From positions 9,362,001-9,426,000 of the forward strand of contig NC_135830.1 in the NCBI RefSeq assembly GCF_964213995.1: a stretch of 64,000 nt of DNA, written 5' to 3'. The position numbers were made by a program, and so were the translations under genes. The notes beneath the pieces were generated by a model. That model searched no databases. It was given only the letters and a program-made list of their open reading frames with translations, and was not told where the DNA came from. The first letter of the stretch is position 1, and every line of letters starts with the position of its first letter. Origin of the DNA: Mustelus asterias. Its lineage: Eukaryota. This document shows, piece after piece, positions 1 through 11,330 of this stretch.

Positions 1-78
1 TACTTCCAACATGTTGCGAATCTGATTTTGAAATTCTCGCTTGTTTGACCTTTCACCATTGGAACATCTTTTTTCCAG

Positions 79-383
79 ATCTGAGTCATGGAAACGCTAT
101 TAACAGCTGCTATTCTCAGGAGTTACGACAGAAGGAGAAGCGGTGACTTTAAACTTCATCTATAATCCTGCACCGAGCGACAGCAATTATTTATACTGCT
201 ACCGGCAACATTCCTGAAACAAAGCCAGAGCTTATTCTGATAAAATACGCGGGAGGTTCAGCGATGAGACAGGTTTTGCCAAATACTTCTTTTGGAAAAT
301 TTAACAGCTTGACAAGAAAATTCACTTTACCCATCTCTGGGCTGTAACTGAGAGGCACTGCAATTTATTTCTGCTCCCTGAGG
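79..383 (+). pseudogene. T-cell receptor alpha/delta-like V segment pseudogene (V exon; leader lies upstream of the window)
   Basis: Splice acceptor TTTTCCAG (71-78). Pieces read EGEAVTLNFIY..NYLYCYRQH/PETKPELIL..TAIYFCSLR. The first Cys and the WYRQ Trp are mutated and there are frameshifts. A degenerate RSS follows (TTCAGTG 386-392). Confidence 0.75.
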
Positions 384-474
384 CATTCAGTGATAAAAAG
401 ATAAATTCACGGTAGGAAACTCTCGCCTCTTGGCAGGACAGAAGCTGCCAATGTACATTATAGCATCGGTGGAA

Positions 475-690
475 TAGAATCATGGAATCCCTACAGTGCA
501 GGCTATTCACAAAGGGGCAAATTAGCACGGCCAATCAACCTAACCCGCACATCATTAGACTGTGGGAGGAAACCGGAGCACTCGGAGGAAATCCACGCAG
601 ACACGGGGAGAATGTGCAAACTGCACACAGACAGTGACCCAGGTCCCTGGAGTTGTGAGGCAGCAGTGCTAACCACTGAGCCACAGTGTG
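475..690 (-). mobile_element. tRNA-derived V-SINE (HE1-like) copy
   Basis: Reverse complement of the V-SINE core (TTGCACATTCTCCCCGTGTCTGCGTGG..TCCGGTTTCCTCCCACAGTC), with a tRNA-like head and a CR1-like tail. Confidence 0.8.
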
Positions 691-939
691 AAAAAAAAAA
701 CGATTCATACAATCTGACAGTCGTTTGCGGTAATTTAATATTTAATCTCTATCTGTCTTTCGTCGGTGCAAGTTACCCCGAGTCGCCCACATATTCTGAA
801 TTAAATTTCATGAAATTTAAACTCATTTGCCGGAAGGGGGCATGAGGAGGTTGGTTCAGTTGTTGGTTTGATTGTCGTAATGGGTAAGAGGTTGTGTTCT
901 TTTCATCTTTAGTAAAAGTGAACGTTATTGTCAAAGCTG

Positions 940-2981
940 CATTTTTTGAAGAGGTAACCAAGAAGGTAGATGAGAGCAGTGCAGTTGATACTGTGTACAT
1001 GGACTTTAGCAAGGCCTTTGACAAGGCACCGCATGGCAGATTGTTGCATAAGGTTACATCTCACGGGATCCAGGGTGAGGTATCTAAATGGATACAAAAT
1101 TGGCTCCTTGACAGAATAAGAAGTTTAACAACACCAGGTTAAAGTCCAACAGGTTCATTTGGTAGCAAAAGCCACACAAGCTTTCGAGGCTCTGAGCCCC
1201 TTCTTCAGGTGAGTGGGAATTCTGTTCACAAACAGAACTTATAAGACACAGACTCAATTTACATGAATAATGGTTGGAATGCGAATACTTACAACTAATC
1301 CAGTCTTTAAGAAACAAAACAATGGGAGTGGAGAGAGCATCAAGACAGGCTAAAAAGATGTGTATTGTCTCCAGACAAGACAGCCAGTGAAACTCTGCAG
1401 GTCCACGCAACTGTGGGAGTTACAAATAGTGTGACATAAATTCTGATTCTAGGATCGCATGATAAAGACTCAGGAGGAAAAAAGCAGAAATATTTATGTG
1501 AAATAGTGTGACATAAACCCAATATCCCGGTTGAGGCCGTCCTTGTGTGTGCGGAACCTGGCTATCAGTTTCTGCTCCGCGACTCTGCGCTGTCGTGTGT
1601 CGCGAAGGCCGCCTTGGAGAACGCTTACCCGAATATCAGAGGCCGAATGCCCGTGACCGCTGAAGTGCTCCCCAACAGGAAGAGAACAGTCTTGCCTGGT
1701 GATTGTCGAGCGGTGTTCATTCATCCGTTGTCGCAGCGTCTGCATAGTTTCCCCAATGTACCATGCCTCGGGACATCCTTTCTTGCAGCGTATCAGGTAG
1801 ACAACGTTGGCCGAGTTGCAAGAGTATGTACCGTGTACCTGGTGGATGGTGTTCTCACGTGAGATGATGGCATCTGTGTCGATGATCCGGCACGTCTCCA
1901 CATCCTTGACAGAAGCCAGAGGGTGGTTGTAGAGAGTTGTTTTTCAAACTGGAGGCCTGTGACCAGCAGTGTGCCTCAGGAATCAGTGCTGGGTCCACTG
2001 TTATTTGTCATTTATATGAATGATTTGGACGAGAATATAGGGGGCGTGGTTACTAAGTTTGCAGATAACACTAAGGTTGGTGGCATAGTGGACAGTGAAG
2101 AAAGTTATCTCCAATTGCAACGGGATCTTTATCAATTGGGCCAGTGGGCTGACGAATGGCAGGTGGAGTTTAATTTAGACAAATGCGAGGTGATGCATTT
2201 TGGTAGATTGAACCAGGGCAGGACTTACTCAGTTAATGGTAGGGCGTTGGGGAGAGTTACAGAACAAAGAGATCTTGGGGTGCATGTTCATAGCTCCTAG
2301 AAAGTGGTGTCACAGGTGGACACAGTGGTGAAGAAGGCATTCGGCATGCTTGGTTTCATCGGTCAGAACATTGAATACAGTAGTTGGAATGTCTTGTTGA
2401 AGTTGCACAAGACATTGGTAAGGCCACACTTGGAATACTGTGTGCAATTCTGGTCACCCTATTATAGAAAGGATATTAGTAAACTAGAAGAAGTGCAGAA
2501 AATATTTACTAGTATGCTACCGGGACTTGATGGATTGAGTTATAAGGAGAGGCTGGATAGACTGGGACTTTTCTCTCTGGAGCATAGGAGGCTGAGGGGT
2601 GATCTTATAGAGGTCTATAAAATTATGAGGAGCACAGATGAGCTAGATAGTCAATACCTTTTCCCAAAGGTAGGGGATTCTAAAACGAGAAGGCATAGGT
2701 TTAAGGTGAGAGGGGAGAGATACAAAAGTATTCAGAAGAGCAATTGTTTCACTCAGAGGGTGGTAGTTGTCTGGAACAAGCTGCCAGAGGTAGTAGTAGA
2801 GGCGGGTACAATTTTGTCTTTTAAAAAGCATTTAGATAGTTACATGGGTACGATGGGCATAGAGGGAGATGTGTCAAATGCGGGCAAGTGGGATTAGCTG
2901 AGGGGTTTAAAAAAATGGGCGGCATGAACAATTTGGGCCGAAGGGCCTTTTTCCATGCTGTAAACCTCTATGACTCTATGA
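940..2981 (+). mobile_element. 5'-truncated, degenerate CR1-clade LINE (RT domain and 3' tail), interrupted by a Penelope insertion
   Basis: ORFs 894-1142, 1923-2300 and 2304-2897 carry the CR1 RT motifs YMDFSKAFDK, VPQESVLGPLLF, KFADNTK and RPHLEYCVQFWSP. Tail (CTATGACT)n near 2968-2981. Confidence 0.9.
1117..1902 (-). mobile_element. Penelope-like element 3' fragment (GIY-YIG endonuclease and terminal repeat)
   Basis: ORF 1494-1901 NVVYLIRC..WYIGET..LRQRMNEH..GLNRD is a GIY-YIG domain. Flanked by the 12-bp direct repeat TCCTTGACAGAA (1105-1116, 1903-1914). Confidence 0.9.
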
Positions 2982-3149
2982 TTTCCCATCACTAATTGCC
3001 TTTGTAAAATTGATAGTGAGCTGCCCTCGTGGACTGCTGCAGTCCATGTGTTGTAAGTATATACACAAAACTCTTAGAGAGGGAGCTCCGCATTTTGACC
3101 TAGAGACAGTGAAAGGAAAACGATATAGTTCTAAGTTCTAGCCCTTCGC

Positions 3150-3485
3150 CTCTTGAGAGGTGCTGGTGGGCTTTCTCATATATAGCGCCGGCGTGGATGG
3201 ATCAGGACGAGTTGTTGGTGATCTGGACATCGAGAAACCTTGAAGCTCTCGACCATTCCCACTTCATCCCCGTTGATGTCGATAGTGCATGTCCTCCACT
3301 ACGCTTAATGAAGTCGATGACTATCTCTTTCGTTTAACTGACATTCAGGGAGCGACTACTGTCCTCGCACCAGTTCACCAGATTCTCCATCTCTTTCCTG
3401 CCTCATCATTGTTCGGAATCCGACCCACCACGGTGGTGTCATCAGCAAACTTGAAAATTGAGTTGGAGGGGAATTTGGCCATACA
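3150..3485 (-). mobile_element. Degenerate non-LTR retrotransposon RT fragment
   Basis: Minus strand reads NSIFKFADDTTVVGRIPNNDEA (RT FADD motif). Confidence 0.65.
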
Positions 3486-3700
3486 TTCACTGTTTCATTC
3501 ATTGTTTCCCTTCTCTGACTCCGCTGTACAGATTGAGCAGCTAAAGGACCAACGTTGGAATTATTCCACAGAGAGTACTCAGGTTAAGATGAATAAAATC
3601 ACCTTTCACTCCGCGTGGAGGGTAGGAATTGAAGATCCAAGGAGTTTGATATTATTGGTTGAATCGTTCGCATATTTGTTTTAGATGATTCAATGTCAAC

Positions 3701-3728
3701 TGATGACGCACGCGGCGAAGAACCAATC
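3701..3728 (+). promoter_or_regulatory. Putative V-gene promoter elements (CRE half-site and CCAAT box)
   Basis: TGACGCA (3704-3710) and CCAATCAG (from 3723), about 100-125 bp upstream of the leader ATG. Confidence 0.45.
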
Positions 3729-3828
3729 AGAAGAATAGTGGGTGTTGCTCACCCCCTTCTCAATTCTTGAGTGAAAACTTTCAGCCTCAGCCCATTGCTG
3801 TTGACTGTGCTATGAGGTCTCTGAAAAC

Positions 3829-4772
3829 ATGTCTCCTGTCACTTTGTGTTTATTCCTCACAGCGGCTGCTCTGTTAACCGGTCAGTTCACAAGTTTCACA
3901 AAGCTGTGTTTCATATATTTACCACACATGGCATCATCACATCGGTAACAATGGATTGATCTTAAATTAACCCTCACCACTTTACCGCCACACAACCTGT
4001 GACAAACAGTGGACTTGAAAACCTATGGACAGTTGTCAGTTTCCCCTAATTGCAGGAAACGCTAGAGGGGAACTGAACCCGATAGATGGCGCCAATTGTG
4101 CATTCCAGAAATCTTATTATTCGAATCAAATATAATCAAGTTATAATCCCAGAGATGTTGGAAATATGTTTCACTTTCGTTGCACCAAGTTATTTATCCG
4201 GCTGTTGCGCAGGGCAAAATGCAGATTCGGTGTGATAAACGTAGTTGATTGACATCGTTTAATTTGTTGTTACTCTGAATACTTTCAGGATATTGTGGAG
4301 GAGACTCTGTTACACAGACACCAGCTGCAGTCACAGTGAGTGAAGGACGTGACGGTCAGTTGTTCTGTAACTTTACAGCTACAACCAGCGACGACCCAGC
4401 GATTAGCCAGAAAATAAGAGAAAGTGTCAACATTTTAAAATCATCTAATCTTCCCTTGTGATTTTAATACAATGCCAGCAAATCTCAAATAACATCTTAC
4501 CGGAGTTTGTCAGACTAGCTAAGTATTTCTCAAGATTTGTACTGCAGACATTAGGCTTTCTGGTAAAATTCACGTATTCTATTCTGGTATCGTCAGTATC
4601 CCAGCGGGTCCATGGAGTTTCTGTATCAGAAAAGTAGATACAGTGGGAACACAGAAAGATTCCGAGGGGACCGTTTCTCTGCAGAGTTTGGCTTTATGAA
4701 GAGCACCATTCCGCTGAATGTGTCTAAGATAGAGCTGGCAGACTCCGGGGTGTATTACTGCGCACTGAGACC
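3829..4772 (+). pseudogene. TCR alpha/delta-like V gene segment (leader exon 3829-3880, V exon 4289-4772), disrupted by a ~175-bp insertion in CDR1
   Basis: Leader MSPVTLCLFLTAAALLT with a phase-1 GT donor at 3881. Acceptor TTTCAG ends at 4288. V exon reads GYCGGDSVTQTPAAVTVSEGRDGQLFCNFTATTSDDP [insert with stops] ILFWYRQYPSGSMEFL..DSGVYYCALR. Confidence 0.9.
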
Positions 4773-4811
4773 CACAGAGACACAGAAATGGGCTGAACCT
4801 GTACAAAAACT
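4773..4811 (+). other. 23-bp-spacer recombination signal sequence (RSS)
   Basis: Heptamer CACAGAG (4773-4779), an exactly 23-nt spacer, and nonamer ACAAAAACT (4803-4811), directly after YYCALR. Confidence 0.9.
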
Positions 4812-6260
4812 GTCAGAGCATTACTCAACATTCCAATGTGGCAGTTGAGTGAATCATTATAGAATATTTATATGCCGACTTACCTGATGTCACACAATGT
4901 GTTTAATGTCACTGATACGATGAATGAAAAAAACACAAGCCAAGTTGGCCCTCACCATGGTCCTTCAAACAACATTATTATGGATAGCCTGTTTCAGGAC
5001 GTTTATTCTTGGGTAGTTATTGACTAGAGCAACTCTACTGCTCTTCTTCGAAATAGTGTCCTTGCGCACTATCACGTCCATCTGAGAAGGCAGTCGGTGC
5101 CCTCGATTTAACATCTCATTCGGTACCTTTGACAATTCACCATCCGCTGCGGAGTGCACGGCCGCATCTGAATAGCTCCTGCGACGAGAGTCTCCTCAAA
5201 TCTTCTGCTTCATAGGCGGTAAAAATAACAACGGAACCTAGCCTGGCAAGCGTTGTGCGTAGATTAGCGCGTATATTGTTAATTCTGAGGTATTTACACT
5301 GTTTTGACAATTAATATATAGTTTATATTTACACATGCCGGATTGATGCAACGGTTAATCGAGGTGATCAGCCTGATAACTGAGAGATAGATAGGAGCAA
5401 CCTCTCGATGCCTCAGTCACTTTCCATCAGCGTCACCCAAGTACCTTCTGGCATTGTTTTTCCTGAAAGAATCCGTGTGTCTTGTGGGGAGGAAAGAATC
5501 TCGGAATAGACTGAAGACTGAATCCTGGATATCCCGGGAGTTAGTGACTGTTCATCAACCCAATCATGGATTAAAATAAAGAAACGGAAATTTAAAGCAG
5601 CGGCCGGATAACATGTTTAACCTTTGGAATCAACTATTACTCTTCAAGTGAAATAAAAGTTTTTTTTACTGGTCTAGCGTCCTTGATGGATTCTGGACAT
5701 CTGAAAGCACTTTACAAATCATGGAAGTTTATTACCAGTGCAGCCGCTGTGTGTGCTGTTTGAAACATTATTTATACAGAGGACACGGGGCATTGTGGAT
5801 CACCGCCACAAAGAGTTGTCTCTCTGACGCTCATAGCGAAATGAAGAGATTTGTAAGTCCTTGTATTTTCTGGATACTTTGTGTTTGTGAACAATCGTAA
5901 CCAAAATCTTACATCACATGCATGGGAACCCGCACGACCTCTCTCTCACAGACATACCCTCCCTCTCTCTCTTTTGCTGTCCTTCTCACTGATCAACGCT
6001 ATTAATTAGAAACATTGCGCTGATTTTTTCCTTCAGTAAACCCTGTGACCATGCACCATGAAATGCAATCGTTTGCAAAGTTCACTCTCCAAGTCTCCTT
6101 TGCCATAACATTGACAATTCATCGACGGGTGCTTGTCCTAAATATGCCACTGTTCACAGTGAAGTGTCACATCACAACATTATTTCCTGTAATTTACAGC
6201 TGTCACCTGTGAGAGCGGTGAACTGCAGTTTTAGGTACTTTCGGTCAAATAAAAGTTTCT

Positions 6261-6277
6261 GGAGCGCCACCTAGTGG
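6261..6277 (-). promoter_or_regulatory. CTCF-like binding motif
   Basis: Minus strand CCACTAGGTGGCGCTCC matches the CTCF core consensus. Confidence 0.6.
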
Positions 6278-6803
6278 AATGATCTGCGTAAACCCAATTA
6301 TTCTCGAATACTGCAGCATACTAAAATATTACCATGCCAGATTATTACGGATGTTATTGTTTTTATTTTATTATTCCTGATGCTTATGCCTTTTTCATAA
6401 TTTCACTTTTGTTACGCTTACTGTTTAATATTAATTCCGACATTATTTTCCTAGTTTGCTGCCAACCGAGGAAACCAAAATTGAAACAGTACCATTTAAA
6501 TCTCGAACGAATGTATGAACAGGGGGTATATTTACATAATTGGCATGTGTTGTTGTTTTAAAATCTGGATTTCATTGGGACCTTGGCGGATTCATATCGC
6601 TAAAGCAAGCTTCGTGATCCAGAGTGGCTGAGGCATTGCAATAAATCGGCAGTGTTTAAGATAAAAGTGGAATTGGCTCTCATGTATACGTTCATTGCAT
6701 TGCAACAATAACAATATTTGCAAGAATAATGCGGCAGAGTCTTGTAACAACATATTTCAGGAACTTGAGAATTCGGTGATTTTCCAGGAATTAGCCTCAC
6801 ATA

Positions 6804-6820
6804 GCCACCAGATGGCGGTG
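6804..6820 (+). promoter_or_regulatory. CTCF-like binding motif
   Basis: GCCACCAGATGGCGGTG matches the CTCF core consensus. Confidence 0.6.
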
Positions 6821-6956
6821 TCTCACCATGTTTGTTTGTTTACTGCAGCGGGTACTGGAACGATAATATTGTGGTTCTGCAGCTAGTCTAGTATTCCAGA
6901 GAGACAAGTGGCTGTCCGAAATCACCCTTTCCTTATCACGTGTTATGTTATATAAG

Positions 6957-7531
6957 ACTATATAACTATTTGCAGCTCTTTAAGACCCTGGTCAGACCAC
7001 ACTTGCAGCACTGTGCTCAGTTCTGGTCGCCTCATTGCAGGAAGGATGTGGGAGCCATAGAAAGGGTGCAGAGGAGATTTACAAGGATGTTGCCTGGGTT
7101 GGGCAGCATGCCTTATGATGACAGGTTGAGTGAGCTCGGCATTTTCTCCTTGGAGAGACGATGGATGAGGGGTGACCTGATAGAGGTGTATAAGATGTTG
7201 AGAGATATTGATCGAGTGGATAGTCAGAGGCTTTTTCCCAGGGCTGAAATGGTTGCCACTAGGGGACACAGGTTTAAGGTGCTGGGGAGTAGGTACAGAG
7301 GAGATGTAGGGGTAAGTTTTTCACTCAGAGGGTGGTGGGTGCGTGGAATGGGCTGCCAGCAACGGTGGTGGAGGCGGATTCAATAGGGTCTTTTAAGAGA
7401 CTTTTAGATAAGTCCATGGAACTTAGTAAGATAGAGGGTTATAGGTAAGCCTAGTAATCGCTAAGGTGGGGACATGTTCGACACAACTTTCCTGTATTGT
7501 GCTGTAGTTTTTCTATGTTTCTATGTTTCTA
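6957..7531 (+). mobile_element. CR1 LINE 3' fragment
   Basis: LVRPHLQHCAQFWSPH..RGDLIEVYK motif and a (TTTCTATG)n tail. Confidence 0.85.
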
Positions 7532-8140
7532 TATTATGTTATTTTATTTCTCCATCTGGAATTCCTGATTCAATTTTGGACATTGCGTTTATCTCACTGT
7601 ATAGCTTTCTGTTTGTCGTGTTCACAGCCTTCTTGTCTCTCTTTGTTTCTTCACCGTTTCTTCATCGAATTCCCTTCCTGCCTCCGCCTCTTTTTCACTC
7701 CGTGTCAGTCCCACTATTTATCTCTGTTTCTCGCTCATTTCTATCATTCCGCTTCCTCTTTACCTCCCCAAATCTCAATCAGTCTCTCCCTATCTATGTA
7801 CCTATATCTACCACGGTCTCTGCTTTTGATTCACTCACTGTCTTTCCATTTACTTAGCTTCAATTCTTGTGTCGTATTTCTCCTTGCGACATGTCAAATA
7901 TCAAATATTTTCCACAGCTCTTTTATAACAATATCTTTAATTTTAAAAACAATGATTATTTCAAACTCATCTTCACGTTATGTTCATGTATTCGACAAAA
8001 ATGGGACAGAGGAAACGTTTCCCAGGGCAGTACCTGTTGCTCTCGACTTGCTAATAATTTGGGTTCATTTTAAATCAGAGCAATCTACAGGTAGGTTTGG
8101 AAATTCCAGGTTTTCCCCTTCTGCCCAGCTGTTCCCTTTG

Positions 8141-8179
8141 TCACACTGCACGAGGCTTCCTCTGCTTCTGGTCACTGTG
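8141..8179 (-). other. Degenerate 23-RSS of the minus-strand V
   Basis: Perfect heptamer CACAGTG (8173-8179, minus strand) abuts the V end. The nonamer position after a 23-nt spacer is non-consensus (GCAGTGTGA). Confidence 0.6.
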
Positions 8180-8706
8180 TCTCTCAGTCCGCTGGAATAA
8201 ACCGCGCTGTCAGACAGCTGCAGCTCACGTGGTGAAATTTCCCTGCTTTTTCGAAGTGTTCAAAGATGCAGCAAATCGAGCCCCCACGCCCTCTGCTCTG
8301 ACAACATCTTCGTAACTGGAGATGTAGATCAAGAATGTGGGGACTATATCCAGGTCCTGGTGGTAAAACTGAAAAGAATATGCAGCCGCTGTGGTCGAAT
8401 AGCTGAAATCAATACACACCGATTCTCCTTCAAACCTTATCGCTGTAACCGGACCCTGGGAGACAAAACCTGCAGCACTCACACCTGCAAAAAAGAATAG
8501 AAATACGAAACTTAATTTTTCTTATCACTTTGTCAGAAACAACGGGATTTAGGTAATTGAATATATTACAAATAGATGGAAAAACAGTTCAATGGAAAGA
8601 TTTCTATGTCAGTATCGCGAGCAAGCGGCAGAATGTGCAACTTGGGAACAGTTAAAAGAGTTGAAGCTGTGAGGAACTGGTAAAGACTAACACACAAAGT
8701 CTTCAT
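8180..8706 (-). pseudogene. TCR alpha/delta-like V pseudogene (leader ~8650-8706, V exon 8180-8484)
   Basis: Leader MKTLCVSLYQFLTASTLLT with the donor lost. Acceptor TTTTTGCAG. V exon VSQGPVTAIRFEGESVCIDFSYST..FQFYHQ..RFAASLNTSKKQGNFT, a frameshift, then ELQLSDSAVYSSGLR. The conserved Cys and Trp residues are mutated. Confidence 0.85.
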
Positions 8707-8795
8707 AGAGATGATGCTGGATCTGAACTCAGTGAGTTCAAGCTCCATATTTAGTTCAGGGTTCAGAAAATGTTGAGAAATATCCGGCCTCAAGC

Positions 8796-8910
8796 GATTG
8801 GCTCGTTCCTGACAGAGCCAGCGGGAGACACCCAATCAGCTCACAGATTCATTACCCTCCATTTCATCCAATCAGCTCAGAGTGCCTTCGCTCACCAATC
8901 CATGACGTCA
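8796..8910 (-). promoter_or_regulatory. Putative V promoter: perfect CRE and several CCAAT boxes
   Basis: TGACGTCA (8903-8910) and several CCAAT/ATTGG motifs, 90-200 bp upstream of the leader ATG at 8706. Confidence 0.5.
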
Positions 8911-9739
8911 GACGGAGGAGCCTTAATTGCCCTCCATTTGAGAGGACATTTAAGGATCAACCACATTACTCTGGCTCTGGAGTCACATGTCGGCCAAACC
9001 AGCTAAGGATGGCAGATCTCCTTCCCCCATGACATTAGTGAACCGGATGGGGTTTTGCAACAGTCGTTAATGGTTTCATGGTCATCATTACACTTTTAAT
9101 TCCAGATTAATCACATCAAAACCTGAAAAATGTTCAATCTGAGAGCTGGAGTTTCTTCATGCTGACGTTAATAATCTCCATAATTTGCTGCTTTTGAATA
9201 TTCCGATATGTGTCAAATGAACTAATATTGTTTCAGGCACAGAGTCAGTTCCTTCATTTCTCCAGGATAGGAGCAGATTAATTGCTAACCTGTCACTGGC
9301 TGTCACTCAATGCTTCATCTTTATTATTTTCTCCTTTCTAACTGTCTAGATCATTTCATTGCTTGGACCTTCAGCTATTCTCTTGAACTTATGCCTTCCA
9401 AAATGTCTTTCCAAGCCTTGGGAACCGGGGAAGGCATTGATAACACATCCGGGTCAGTAAACACAAAACACGGCCGTGATGTGCTGGACCCCATCATTGA
9501 GGGTGGGGATGTTTGTGGAGCCTCCCCTTCCCGTGGTTCCACTTTGGATAGAAATCAGTGAGGTCTGAGAGCGGTTTTCTATTTTTCATATACTAGTAAA
9601 ACAAATGAACTGATAAACTTGTTGAAATCCTCTTAAAACAGCATTGTAATAAAAAGACAGAACTTCAAGGAAAACATATTAAATTAAAATATTTTCCCTA
9701 TTTATACTCTTAATTCCTTGAACTGGGAAATTATCAACG

Positions 9740-10235
9740 CAGTCAAACTGGGGAGAGGTCATTCACCGTCGCGAAGGGTGGAGATGGATTTAATCAGTTG
9801 TCCCTTCTGTCAACACACCAGCAAGTTCATACTGGGGAGAAGCTGTTCTGATGTTTTAAATGTGCGAAGGAATTTGCTTACTCATCTGACCCGCTGGCAC
9901 ATGAATGAGTTCACACAGAGGAGAATGCAGTCACCTGCTCTGTTTGTGGGAAAGGATTCGCTTAGTCATCCCAGCCCACTAAGCATAAACTTGATCACAG
10001 AGATCAGGGTCCTTTTAAATTTTCTGATTGTGAAAAGAGCTTTAAAACAAGAAGTATATGTGAATACAACAACAGCTTCAGACTGGAGTGAGACGGTTCA
10101 TATACCCGGAAAGTGGGAAAGGATTAATTCAGTCATCCGATCTGCTCACACACCAACAACGTCACACCAAGGAGAGGCCGTTCACCTTCTCTGAGTGTGG
10201 GAAGGGATTCCAGCCACTTCCTGGCACACACAAAT
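9740..10235 (+). pseudogene. Degenerate tandem C2H2 zinc-finger gene relic
   Basis: About six decayed HTGERPF-C-x2-CGKGF linker units at ~84-bp spacing (e.g. CACACCAAGGAGAGGCCGTTCACCTTCTCTGAGTGTGGGAAGGGATTC), with stops and frameshifts. Confidence 0.75.
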
Positions 10236-10239
10236 GAGC

Positions 10240-10823
10240 GGAGGACATTGCAGACATGACGGCAACGGTTGAACGGACACTGCACAACAATCGCCAGGCG
10301 GGAGTGTTCCCTTCCAGTTGGGGAGCTCTTCAGCAGTCCAGGACATTCAGCCTCCAGTTTTCGGGTAAGCGTTCTCCAACGCGGCCTTCAAGACATATGG
10401 CAACGCAGAATCGCCGAGCAGAAACTGATAGCCAAGTTCAACATGCATGAGGACGGCCTTAACCGGGATCTTGTGTGAATGTCGCACTACTTGTAACCCT
10501 TACCATACTGCCTGGGTTTGCAAAATCCTACGAACTGACCTGGTTTGAGACAATTCACACCCCTTTAAATTATAATTGTCCCTCGCTCCACTCACACTTC
10601 GCACCTATACAAACTTGATTATTTACTTTATAGTTACCTATAAAGACTCATATTAAATCACTCTTCACATACCAATCTGTAACTATCTTGCAGTTGTGTC
10701 TTTGATTATATATTCTGTGCTTGCGAACTAACCTTCACGCACCTGATGAAGGAGCAGCGCTCCGAAAGCCCGTGATTCCAAATAAACCTGTTGGATCTTA
10801 ACCTGGTGTTGTGAGACTTCTTA
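10240..10823 (+). mobile_element. Penelope-like element 3' fragment
   Basis: ORF 10269-10478 (SLPVGE..RRIAEQKLIAKF..DGLNRD) is homologous to the 1494-1901 GIY-YIG tail. It ends in the same terminal repeat (..AACCTGGTGTTGTGAGACTTCTTA). Confidence 0.85.
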
Positions 10824-11184
10824 CATTGCTGCAGTTACTCACGCCCAGGACTGAACTTGGAGGTTAATCCTGATGTGTGTAAGGAATGTGTGCGAGCCGC
10901 TCTCTTCCATGGTTCAGAGCTCCGAGACACGGAAGAGAAGCTCCTTTGCAATTGTGTTCGGAGTCAGGAGAGCAATGTTGAATACTGCAAACGTGCTGTA
11001 AAATCAGAGGTTGGTGTAAAATTGGGCTGTTCCTGAGAGTGAAATGGCAGGTTTAAGTTTCCAGACTGAAAATGTTTGTGTGACTTTCCTGAATCTACTA
11101 ATGTAAGGAACATCAAGTTACATTTCACTCTGGAACTTTGAACCATTCTGTTTTGGTTGAAAATATTTTGTTGAAAATGTTGAA

Positions 11185-11330
11185 AATAAGATGGGTATAA
11201 AGCGATATGGGCCAAATGCCGGCAATTTGGATTAGCTTCGGGTTTTAAAAAAATGGCGGCGTGGACAAGTGGGGCCCAAGGGCCTGTTTCCATGTTGTAA
11301 ACCTCTATGATTCTATGACTCTATGACTCT
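11185..11330 (+). mobile_element. CR1 3' UTR/tail fragment
   Basis: Near-copy of 2850-2981, ending in (CTATGACT)n. Confidence 0.7.

Noticed and set aside
4399-4575. V2 insert as a spliceable intron
   Set aside because: No GT at its start. The internal GT..AG pairs tried either shift the frame or leave the TAA at 4564.
7474-8200. 127-aa and 225-aa ORFs
   Set aside because: Pyrimidine-rich low-complexity sequence following a CR1 tail, with no recognisable domain.
10825-10900. Possible J segment (minus-strand GTGAGT donor)
   Set aside because: No FGxG motif and no 12-RSS upstream.
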